A stretch of 64,000 nucleotides of DNA from Verrucomicrobia bacterium UBA6015. GTDB taxonomy: Bacteria > Verrucomicrobiota > Kiritimatiellia > UBA8416. This document shows positions 27,433 through 35,562 of this stretch, piece by piece. The number at the start of each line of letters is the position of its first letter. Position 1 is the stretch's first letter. A program made the position numbers and the translations under genes. The notes beneath the pieces are model-generated. The model did no database searches. It was not told the origin of the DNA and saw only the letters and a program-made list of their open reading frames with translations. The stretch is from contig DIZZ01000281.1 of assembly GCA_002428045.1 (NCBI GenBank), positions 1,634-65,633 on the forward strand, written 5' to 3'.

Positions 27433-27514
27433 AACTGTGGACGATTAAATCTTGAGGGCCGGGTTCCACCCCGGCCGCGGCGTTGTCAATCTTGATGTCA
27501 ATCTTTTAAATAGA

Positions 27515-27565
27515 CCTTTATAGGAATATTATGTACTATAAATACGTTAATCAGATCTATAAAGG
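27515..27565 (+). promoter_or_regulatory. Palindromic operator candidate (CCTTTATAG-N33-CTATAAAGG) upstream of hipB
   Basis: Perfect 9-bp inverted repeat in an AT-rich intergenic region. The right arm lies 7 nt before the hipB ATG. Direct repeat TGTCAATCT x2 at 27484-27504. Confidence 0.45.
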
Positions 27566-27571
27566 ATTGTT

Positions 27572-27880
27572 ATGAGTGCCAACATTGAGGATCTTATGGC
27601 CTTGTTGGGCGAGCGGATACGCGAGTTGAGGCTGCGAGAAAATATTGCCCAGACTGTGCTGGCGATGCGGAGTGGTGTTTCACTGAAGGCCGTGAAGAAT
27701 CTGGAAAATGGCACCGGAGCGACCGTTTCTTCATTGCTGCGGGTGTTGCGTACCTTGGGTCGGAACGAGTGGATTGAGACGCTTGGTCCCAAGGTCGGCA
27801 TCAGTCCTATGCAGATGGTGAACCGCAGAAAAACGCGCCTGCGGGCGACACGAAAAAAGACCGGGGTGGCTGATGTATAA
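27572..27880 (+). CDS. hipB: HipB-like XRE-family HTH antitoxin
   Basis: Helix-turn-helix region (IAQTVLAMRSGVSLKAVKNLENG). It overlaps the downstream HipA-like gene by 8 nt. Confidence 0.7.
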   Translation: MSANIEDLMALLGERIRELRLRENIAQTVLAMRSGVSLKAVKNLENGTGATVSSLLRVLRTLGRNEWIETLGPKVGISPMQMVNRRKTRLRATRKKTGVADV

Positions 27881-29144
27881 GCCGGTCAATCTCGTTGAAG
27901 TCTGGATCTGGGGAGCGCGTGTCGGGGCTGTCGCCAAGGATCCGCGAACTGGATTCTATGCGTTTGAATATGATCCCCGATTTGTTCGCACAGGCATTGA
28001 ATTGGCGCCGCTTTTCATGCCGATCCGGAGGGCAAATCAACCGTTTGTTTTTCCGGACTTGCCCGAAGAAAGCTATCATCGCCTCCCGGCGCTCCTTGCC
28101 GATGCGCTGCCGGATTCCTTCGGTAATATCCTGATTGATGCATGGATGGCAGAGCAGGGCATCGAACGGAGTCGGATCAGCGTTCTGGATCGCCTGGCGT
28201 ACATGGGAAAGCGAAGCATGGGCGCACTGGAATTCAAGCCCGTGATCGGACCGAAGGAGAAGACCCCCACCGCGATTGAGCTCTCCTCGCTTGTGGAAAG
28301 CGCACGGAGGGCTGTTTATGGCGACTTAGGAATAGATGCTCGCACGGATGCGGCGTTGCACCAGTTGATGCAGGTGGGCACGTCCGCTGGCGGAGCACGG
28401 GCCAAGGCTGTGATCGGATGGGATCGCAAGAATCGAAAACTCTGCTCCGGGCAGTTCGATGTTCCTGATGGCTTTGAGCACTGGATCATCAAATTCGACG
28501 GTGTCGGGGATACGCCCAATGCGACGCAGGATTCAGGACGGGTGGAACTGGCTTATCACAACATGGCTCGGGCAGCAGGCATTACAATGATGGAGTGCGA
28601 TCTGTTTTGCCATGATGGACGCGCACACTTCATGACCCGGCGGTTCGACCGTGACGGCAACACCAGGCATCATCTGCAGACCCTCTGCGCGATGGCACAT
28701 CTATCTTTTCATCAGCGGGCTGCCTATAGCTATCACCAGCTCTTCGAGACCGTCAATGAGCTCGGGATGGACTACGCCACCCGCGAAGAGGTTTTCCGTC
28801 GCATGGCCTTCAACGTCTTGGCTAGAAATACCGATGACCACAGTAAAAATGTCTCGTTTCTCTTGAAACAGGGTGGGGGGTGGGAGCTTGCGCCCGCATA
28901 TGATCTCACCTACTCCTATACGCAGGTTGGCGAATGGAATGAGTGGGCGAACCCCCGGGTGATGGCAGTCAGCGGGAAATTCTCGAACATCACCGCCAAG
29001 GATCTGCTGGAGGTGGCTGAGCAATTCGGCATCGGAACCGCACGGCGGGAACTGGATCGTGTCATGGATGCTGTCCGTCGCTGGCCGACATTTGCCGACG
29101 CTGCCAGCGTGACAGACGAGAACGTGATACAAGCCCTAATCTAA
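27873..29144 (+). CDS. hipA: HipA-family Ser/Thr kinase toxin
   Basis: HipA N-terminal (VWIWGARVG) and C-terminal kinase regions (HWIIKF...ARNTDDHSKNVSF...YDLTYSY). Confidence 0.8.
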   Translation: MYKPVNLVEVWIWGARVGAVAKDPRTGFYAFEYDPRFVRTGIELAPLFMPIRRANQPFVFPDLPEESYHRLPALLADALPDSFGNILIDAWMAEQGIERSRISVLDRLAYMGKRSMGALEFKPVIGPKEKTPTAIELSSLVESARRAVYGDLGIDARTDAALHQLMQVGTSAGGARAKAVIGWDRKNRKLCSGQFDVPDGFEHWIIKFDGVGDTPNATQDSGRVELAYHNMARAAGITMMECDLFCHDGRAHFMTRRFDRDGNTRHHLQTLCAMAHLSFHQRAAYSYHQLFETVNELGMDYATREEVFRRMAFNVLARNTDDHSKNVSFLLKQGGGWELAPAYDLTYSYTQVGEWNEWANPRVMAVSGKFSNITAKDLLEVAEQFGIGTARRELDRVMDAVRRWPTFADAASVTDENVIQALI

Positions 29145-29361
29145 GTTCACATGCTGTCAAGAGTGTTAAATTAGTATCGATACACCGAGCATTTGTCCGG
29201 TGGAGGCGATGCTTTGCCTGCAACAGATCACAGGCCTCCGAGCTAATATCCCGCGCATCGTGGTTGGCGGCGGCATTGTACGGCCTTAGGAAACAAGGGC
29301 GGGGAGGATATGCCAGACGTCCCGTTGGTTCGTAACTGAAGCATTATATCGGAACTTCAGC

Positions 29362-30603
29362 CTAGATGGCATTCCAGGGGATGGCGGCGGCGTGCGGAGA
29401 GATGGACCAGGCCTCATGTCCGGCGAAAAGGATAACGCCGGGTTGTGCCTGCGGATACGTGGTGCGAAAGGCCTGGATGCCGCGTGTGTCGTGACCGCTG
29501 ACCTGCGTCGATGCCTTAAATTCAATCGGGTACAGTTTGCCGTCCTGCTCCAGCACGGCATCGACCTCCGCCCCGTTCTCCGTGCGCCAGTGCCATAACC
29601 CCGGTGATATCGGAAGACGTGCCAGTTGGCTGCGCAGCCAGCCCACACACCAGGATTCGTAGATTTGTCCGAGCAGGGGACTTGCCAGCAGGCTCTCCGG
29701 CGACGACAGCGTCTGAAGATAGCAGGCGAGTCCCGAGTCCTGGATGTGCCCCTTAGGTTTCATGCTCAGGCGTTTGATGGTATTCCCGCTGTACGCGGGT
29801 AACTCCGTCCACTGGTACGAATGCACCAATAGATCCAGCCAATGGCGTGCCGTTTTGGGGCTGACTCCAATATCCCTGCCGAATTGCGATTGATTAATCT
29901 CGCGTGCCGTCATGGCACCGCATAGGCGGAGGAACCGACCGAACAGTGCCAGATCCGACACATTCCCCATAACGCGCACATCCCGTTCGATATAGGTCTG
30001 GACATACGAGCTGAAGTAGGCGGGAACATCGGCATTATTCTCGAACTCCAGAAGTCCCGGAAGTTGCCCGCGCCAGAGCATTGTGGTGAGCGGAACGGAA
30101 GACGATATCAAGGACCGGTCCTGGCGGGGTTGATTGACGAATTGCGCAGGGTCATGCAAATATTGTCCTAGCCAGCTTTTGACTTGGGCCTGCCCGTGTT
30201 GCTCGGCTAGCGTCATGCCGTCCAGACGCAAAATGCCGACCCGCCCGGCAAGGCTTTCCGATACCGTTCGCAGCACGGCCAGATTTTGCGAACCGCAAAG
30301 ATAATACTGCCCTTTGCGGTCGCTGCCATCGACGCGACGCTTGATCGCCGGCAGCAATTCCGGCGCATATTGGACTTCATCCAGTAGGAGCGGACTGCCA
30401 AATGTATCGAGAAAACGATCGGGATCAGTCCGGGCACCGTAGGGATCCTGTATCGGATCAAAGGTAACACATGTCACCCCTGGCAGAAAATGCTGTAGCA
30501 GCGTGCTTTTGCCAACTTGTCGCGCACCGGCAATCATAATGACTTTAAACAATCGTGCATAACGCGTTAGCAAGACCTCGACATGCCGTTCTAGATATTT
30601 CAT
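29362..30603 (-). CDS. AAA+ ATPase (AAA_14 + DUF4143-type)
   Basis: Walker A IAGARQVGKSTLL and Walker B LLLDEVQ. ~410 aa, typical of DUF4143 ATP-binding proteins. Confidence 0.75.
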   Translation of the reverse strand: MKYLERHVEVLLTRYARLFKVIMIAGARQVGKSTLLQHFLPGVTCVTFDPIQDPYGARTDPDRFLDTFGSPLLLDEVQYAPELLPAIKRRVDGSDRKGQYYLCGSQNLAVLRTVSESLAGRVGILRLDGMTLAEQHGQAQVKSWLGQYLHDPAQFVNQPRQDRSLISSSVPLTTMLWRGQLPGLLEFENNADVPAYFSSYVQTYIERDVRVMGNVSDLALFGRFLRLCGAMTAREINQSQFGRDIGVSPKTARHWLDLLVHSYQWTELPAYSGNTIKRLSMKPKGHIQDSGLACYLQTLSSPESLLASPLLGQIYESWCVGWLRSQLARLPISPGLWHWRTENGAEVDAVLEQDGKLYPIEFKASTQVSGHDTRGIQAFRTTYPQAQPGVILFAGHEAWSISPHAAAIPWNAI

Positions 30604-30666
30604 GTCGACAAATTACCACGATAATTGGGATTATCAAGAATAATATACGTTATTATGCTCAAACAC

Positions 30667-30699
30667 CACTTGCACGCCGACTGACACCTGTGGCAAGGT
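30667..30699 (+). promoter_or_regulatory. Conserved 33-nt element, copy A (CACTTGCACGCCGACTGACACCTGTGGCAAGGT)
   Basis: ~31/35 identical to copy B at 35523..35555. Contains the inverted repeat CTTGC-N19-GCAAG. It lies at the 5' edge of a GC-rich orphan block. Confidence 0.4.
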
Positions 30700-30944
30700 G
30701 AGCGTCAGGATAGGTACGGGGATTATCCAAGTGGGTCGGTGACGGATCCGACGGGGCCACCGAATGGCTCGGGCCGTGTGCTTCGCGGCGGTGGTTGGGG
30801 CGGCGTCGCCGCGAGCTGCCGTGCGGCCTATCGCCTACAACTGCGGCCCGTCGCTCGGGAACTGCGGCCTGGGGTTTCGCGTGGTTCTCGCGGCCCCGGT
30901 TCCATGAGTGTCCATTGAGCTACAGCGCACCGGCGGGCTCGGGG

Positions 30945-30978
30945 TGGGCCAGGCGGTGCAGTAGCCCCATGTTTTTTT
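30945..30978 (+). terminator. Intrinsic-terminator-like hairpin + T7 tract ending the GC-rich orphan block
   Basis: GGGCT...AGCCCC followed by ATGTTTTTTTG. The stem is short and imperfect. Confidence 0.35.
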
Positions 30979-31276
30979 GCGATAATCAGCCGGATCGTAG
31001 AAGTTACCAAGCTGCGCAGCTCATAACACGATCAGGAATCGTGATTCTGCGATGATGACGTTTCGGAGGACGAAAAGGCTTCCACAGCATACAGGGGAAG
31101 CGACAGCAGTTCAAAGGTCACATCGGCGACATCCTGCCCCACCCGTGCGCGGTAAGTCGTCGTCACTTTCGAGGCAGGATTGAGATCGAAACGCACGGCC
31201 TGCAACACTTTCTTTTCCATCCGGTCCGCGCAATAGCCGGTGCATGAGTAGAACTCTATTCACCCTGGTTTTATGG

Positions 31277-34200
31277 CTACCGATTGAGGGCTGCCATTAG
31301 TTCGTGGACTTTCATCGGCTTGCTCAGATACCCGTCCATGCCCGCCGCCAGGAACCGCTCCCGGTCTCCGCGCAAGGCAAACGCTGTCAACGCAATCACC
31401 TGGGTGTGCCGACCGCTCTGTCTTTCCATCGTTCGAATGGCCTGCGTTGCCTCCAACCCATCCATAATGGGCATCTGCACATCCATCAATACAACGTCAA
31501 ACGCTTCCGCTACCATGAGCGCCAGGGCTTGCTGGCCGTTTCCTGCCGTCAGCGTTTTATGTCCTGCCATATTCAAGAGCGTTTCCGCGAACAGCACGCT
31601 GGTCGGGTCGTCGTCCACAATCAGTATTGTCAAGGGTTTGAGCTGACCCACAATCACGCTTTCATCTAGGGTTATCAATCCCGGGGTAGCCTCCCTGACG
31701 CCGACAATGACCGTGAAGAAGAAGGTGCTGCCTTTGCCGGGCTGGCTCTCCAACCACATCGTGCCCCCCATCAACCCCACCAGACGGCTCGCAATGGGTA
31801 ATCCCAGCCCAGCCCCTCCGCCATGATTGACGGAATTGGGCGTATCAACCTGCCCAAACGCCTCGAAAACATCCGCCTGCCGGTCTAAGGGAATGCCGAT
31901 CCCGGTGTCCTGAATGCTGAATAACAGTGCCGCTTCGTCCGTTTCCGGGGAACGACCCAATCGCGAAGCTCGTCCGTCCTGCACGGTCATCGTGATGCTG
32001 CCAGCAGGAGTGAACTTAATCGCATTATTCAGGAGATTCAAGATGATCTGCCGGAGCCTGAGGCCGTCCGCCAGACACTCTTCCGGCAGCTCCGGCGCGA
32101 TATCCTGCTCCACTCGTAATCCCTTCTTGGCTGCCAATGGGATCACCGACGCAATCAGATCCCGGATCGTTGAGCGCAGGGCAAGAGGCCGCCGTTCGAT
32201 GACCACCTTCTCTGCCTCAATCCTGGATAGGTCCAATATGGCGTCAATGAGTTGCAGGAGGTCAGATCCTCGCTGGTTGACCAGTTTCAGCCACGTCCGC
32301 TGCTCGGCTGTCAGATTGTGCGCCAAGACCATCAACTCAGTGAACCCCAGAATTGGATTCAACGGCGTGCGCAGTTCATGGCTCATGTTGGCGAGGAACT
32401 CGCTCTTGGCCCGGTTCGCCTTCACGGCGGCTTCCTTTGCCAGAATCAACTCCTGCTCCGCACGAAGACGCTCGATTTCTCCCGCCGTCCGTACGGCAAC
32501 CAACTGCAATATTTCTTCGACCTGCGAACGATTCGTCAGTGGTCTGCGGCTGATCAGCGCAATCAGTCCGATCGGTTTGCCGGTATGCCCCCAGAGGGTC
32601 ACGCCAACATAACTCTCAGCCCTCAGATCCTGAAGCACTTGATCCCTGGGGAAGAACTGGCAGACACTGGCAGGAAAGCAACAGACCGTCTTGCCCACCA
32701 CATCGCCACACGGGGTGTCTTTCAGTGCATACGTCACATTATCTTCAAATTTGCCGTCGCACCATACCGCGACAGTCCTGGCGGTCAGGCCATCCCCTTC
32801 GAGACGATCAATACAAACGAAATCCATGCCAAGGCTTTCAGCCAGGTATTGCGCCAGCATATTGAAGAATAACTGACCCTCTGCCATGCGACTGCTGGTT
32901 TGCGCAAGAAAGGCCTGAACATTCTGCGCCAGCTTGCGCTCGGTGATGTCCTGGAAAGACCCTGAAACGCTGACCGTCCTTCCCTGCTCTTGATGCGGTT
33001 GCCCCACCGCCCGGACCCGGCGTTTGTTCCCTTTGAAAGTCGTTATTTCCCACTCCTGATCGTATGGCTCGCCGTTTTCGATGGCTCTCCGTATGGCTTC
33101 CAAAGCCATGGGTCGGAATTCTGGACGGATGAACTCCACGCCCACAGGAACTTCTGGAGCGCCATGGGTCAGGTCAATTTCGAGGATGCGGAAGGTCTCG
33201 TCCGTCCAGGTCTGGGTCATGGTATTGACGTCGAATTCCCAGCCGCCGATTTTGCCCGCTCTTTCGGCTTTGTCCAGCAACGTCTGGTATTTTAATAAAC
33301 GCTCCTCCGCCTGCTTGCGCAACAAAGCCTCGCCAATATACTCCCCGACGATCTCCATCTGTTCCACCATTTCAAGTGTCAAGCGCCCCGGTCGGCGGTC
33401 ATTGATCTGGATCAGTCCGATATTTTCCCCTTTGCCCCGAATGGGAATCAGGGCAATCGACGCGTAACCTTGATGGGTACACGTATTGCGCGGATGTATC
33501 CTGGGATCCTGATCTGCCGGAAGGTCGAGTAACGGTAACGAATTATTTGTCCAGATGCTGCCGCCTGGCGTGAAGAGGGGATTGGATGGGTCGGTTTTGC
33601 CTGCGATGATCAGTCCGCAGGTGCAGGTTAGGAGAACCTTACCGTTGACGTCCCTGCATAAGCCTCCATCCATGCTCCGGTGTACCAGCGAATTCTCTTT
33701 CTCTATAAACGCGCAAGAAAAACCATCCTGGACGTAATAGGGGTAGTCATCTCCTTTTTGTAGGCGAATTCCGGCAGCATCAAACCCGAGGGAAACTTTT
33801 ATGGTGGTGAGAATCTCATGGATCGAGGCTTGAATGCCTGCCGACCGGCTGAGAATATCCAGGATTCTCCTGCTCATCTCTTGGAAAAGCTCCGCACGCT
33901 TGCGCTCGGTGATGTCGGTCATCACCATGTAGCAGGTTGGCGCGCCATCTTCCGCCTGGGTGGCGCGTCCTGTCAGATGCGCCCAAAAGAACGCCCCGCC
34001 CGGCTTGGTCAGCCGTAGTTCGCATACCTGCGGTTCGCCCGCCTGAAAGAGCTTTTGGAGCTGCCGGTCGTAGAGATCCTGATCATCTTTCAGGATGAGG
34101 TAGGCGAGCGGCTGGTTGACCAGTGCGCTGCGGGTTGTGCCAAACAGAGTGGCAGTCGTAAGGTTGGCCTCCAGTATCAGCCCCTCTTTGGACAGTGTGA

Positions 34201-34312
34201 AATAGCCCACGGGAGCCTGGTCATAGAGGTCGATATAGCGTGTGCGCAGTGCTTCGATCTCTGTAGGCTGTGAGATTGTCCGTTTGCTCAGGTCATTCTT
34301 TTTGTTTGTCAC
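31277..34312 (-). CDS. Hybrid sensor histidine kinase/response regulator with PAS and GAF domains
   Basis: Multiple PAS/GAF segments, the HisKA H-box ANMSHELRTPLNPILGF, HATPase N/G boxes, and a C-terminal receiver (ILIVDDDP...VLMDVQMPIMDG...K). Confidence 0.85.
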   Translation of the reverse strand: MTNKKNDLSKRTISQPTEIEALRTRYIDLYDQAPVGYFTLSKEGLILEANLTTATLFGTTRSALVNQPLAYLILKDDQDLYDRQLQKLFQAGEPQVCELRLTKPGGAFFWAHLTGRATQAEDGAPTCYMVMTDITERKRAELFQEMSRRILDILSRSAGIQASIHEILTTIKVSLGFDAAGIRLQKGDDYPYYVQDGFSCAFIEKENSLVHRSMDGGLCRDVNGKVLLTCTCGLIIAGKTDPSNPLFTPGGSIWTNNSLPLLDLPADQDPRIHPRNTCTHQGYASIALIPIRGKGENIGLIQINDRRPGRLTLEMVEQMEIVGEYIGEALLRKQAEERLLKYQTLLDKAERAGKIGGWEFDVNTMTQTWTDETFRILEIDLTHGAPEVPVGVEFIRPEFRPMALEAIRRAIENGEPYDQEWEITTFKGNKRRVRAVGQPHQEQGRTVSVSGSFQDITERKLAQNVQAFLAQTSSRMAEGQLFFNMLAQYLAESLGMDFVCIDRLEGDGLTARTVAVWCDGKFEDNVTYALKDTPCGDVVGKTVCCFPASVCQFFPRDQVLQDLRAESYVGVTLWGHTGKPIGLIALISRRPLTNRSQVEEILQLVAVRTAGEIERLRAEQELILAKEAAVKANRAKSEFLANMSHELRTPLNPILGFTELMVLAHNLTAEQRTWLKLVNQRGSDLLQLIDAILDLSRIEAEKVVIERRPLALRSTIRDLIASVIPLAAKKGLRVEQDIAPELPEECLADGLRLRQIILNLLNNAIKFTPAGSITMTVQDGRASRLGRSPETDEAALLFSIQDTGIGIPLDRQADVFEAFGQVDTPNSVNHGGGAGLGLPIASRLVGLMGGTMWLESQPGKGSTFFFTVIVGVREATPGLITLDESVIVGQLKPLTILIVDDDPTSVLFAETLLNMAGHKTLTAGNGQQALALMVAEAFDVVLMDVQMPIMDGLEATQAIRTMERQSGRHTQVIALTAFALRGDRERFLAAGMDGYLSKPMKVHELMAALNR

Positions 34313-34621
34313 GCCAATCTTCCTGTCTGAACTTGGTTATCCAGTATTCCCGAACCGATGGCTCACGAAAGGTACAACGCCATGCGTCAGATTGTAAAGT
34401 GAATTCCGATGCCCTTTGACTGTGTGAGTATTCGTCTCACGGGAGTGGCCCGTTCCACCCGCTCCGCAGAGTAATAGCTCGTACCCAAGCGGAATACCAA
34501 GGCCTACACCATGGTTATATTTCACGCAAAGACGCAAAGACGCGAAGGCGCAAAGCTTGCCACCCGCTGCCCAATATGGCATTGTTTGCGTGCGTCTTTA
34601 ATGATACCGGGAAGGGCGGAT

Positions 34622-35494
34622 ATGAATAATCCTATGTTCAGGCCACCTGCAGAGGCAGACAGCGTGATCCTGCAGATCGACGAAGGCTGTCCGTGGAACC
34701 GTTGTACGTTCTGCGGGATGTACAAGGCCATTCCTTTCATGAAACGGTCTCTCGACCAGATCGTATCCATGATTCGCCAGGAGGCAGCGCTTAACGTGGA
34801 CGCTCGGCGGATCTTCCTGGCGGATGGAGACGTGATGCGACGGCCGTTCGATGAGCTTGCCTGCATCCTGCAGTTGCTGGCCGAATCGTTTCCACGCTTG
34901 GCACGGGTCAGTCTTTATGCCAACGGGTCCTCGATCCTGGCGAAATCCGATGTGCAGCTTGCCATGCTTCGCACGCTCAGGCTTCACACGCTTTACATGG
35001 GGCTGGAAAGCGGAGACGACACCATACTCCAGGGCTGCTGCAAGGGCGAAACGGCATCCGCCATGGTCGAGGCTGGAGGGAAAGCCCAGGCCGCAGGGCT
35101 GCGGATGTCCGTCATGATCCTGCTTGGCCTTGGCGGCAGGGCGCGCAGCCGTCAGCATGTCGCCCATACCGCCGACGCCATCAACCAGATGCAACCCCGC
35201 CTTCTCTCGGTATTGCGCGTCATTCCCGTGCCCGGAACCCGACTCTATACAGACACCGCCAATGGCCATTTCGCCATGCCCACGGAATACGAGACGGTGC
35301 AGGAACTACGGGCGCTGGTCGAACAGCTCCAGGTGCATGGAACCGTCTTCAGGGCGAATCACAGCTCCAACATCATCCCGATCGAGGCGCGTTTGCCGCA
35401 AGACAAGCAGACGCTGCTCGCCTCGTTGGACTCCCTCATTGCCTCCGGCATCCTCGACCGGAACAGCCCCGGCCACCTTTCCGCATGGCTCTAA
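34622..35494 (+). CDS. Minimal radical-SAM-like protein with atypical Cx4Cx2C cluster motif (290 aa)
   Basis: DEGCPWNRCTFCGMYK, a GLESGDDTIL 'G-ESG' motif, and ILLGLGG. Start set at MNNPMF (GAAGGG upstream); the ORF continues upstream to 34511. Confidence 0.6.
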   Translation: MNNPMFRPPAEADSVILQIDEGCPWNRCTFCGMYKAIPFMKRSLDQIVSMIRQEAALNVDARRIFLADGDVMRRPFDELACILQLLAESFPRLARVSLYANGSSILAKSDVQLAMLRTLRLHTLYMGLESGDDTILQGCCKGETASAMVEAGGKAQAAGLRMSVMILLGLGGRARSRQHVAHTADAINQMQPRLLSVLRVIPVPGTRLYTDTANGHFAMPTEYETVQELRALVEQLQVHGTVFRANHSSNIIPIEARLPQDKQTLLASLDSLIASGILDRNSPGHLSAWL

Positions 35495-35522
35495 CCCCAT
35501 ATCCGTTATCCGATGCATAAAC

Positions 35523-35555
35523 CGCTTGCGCGCCGCCTGCCACCTGTGGCAAGGT
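35523..35555 (+). promoter_or_regulatory. Conserved 33-nt element, copy B (CGCTTGCGCGCCGCCTGCCACCTGTGGCAAGGT)
   Basis: It ends 7 nt before the ATG of the LPP20/DUF4384 gene. Same CTTGC-N19-GCAAG inverted repeat as copy A. Confidence 0.4.
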
Positions 35556-35562
35556 AGCTGGC

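Noticed and set aside
30900-30960. RNase P RNA (AGCGCACC similar to the conserved GUAAGAGCGCACC)
   Set aside because: The universally conserved GGAAAGTCCGGGC and ACAGAACCCGGCUUA segments are absent. A single 8-mer match is not significant at this GC content.
30716-30990. tmRNA (ssrA) hypothesis for the GC-rich block. GGATCCGACGGGG resembles the tmRNA 5' GGAUUCGACGGG, and the reverse strand has GCGAAACCCCAGG resembling E. coli GCGAAACCCAAGG.
   Set aside because: No T-arm GGTTCGAnTCC, no 3' CCA-adjacent acceptor complement, and no tag reading frame ending ...AA-stop on either strand. The similarities are short and partly palindromic (GGATCC).
34622-35494. Anaerobic sulfatase-maturating enzyme (anSME), given the sulfatase/FGE context
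   Set aside because: Too short (~290 aa), no C-terminal SPASM Cys clusters, and the cluster motif spacing is Cx4Cx2C.
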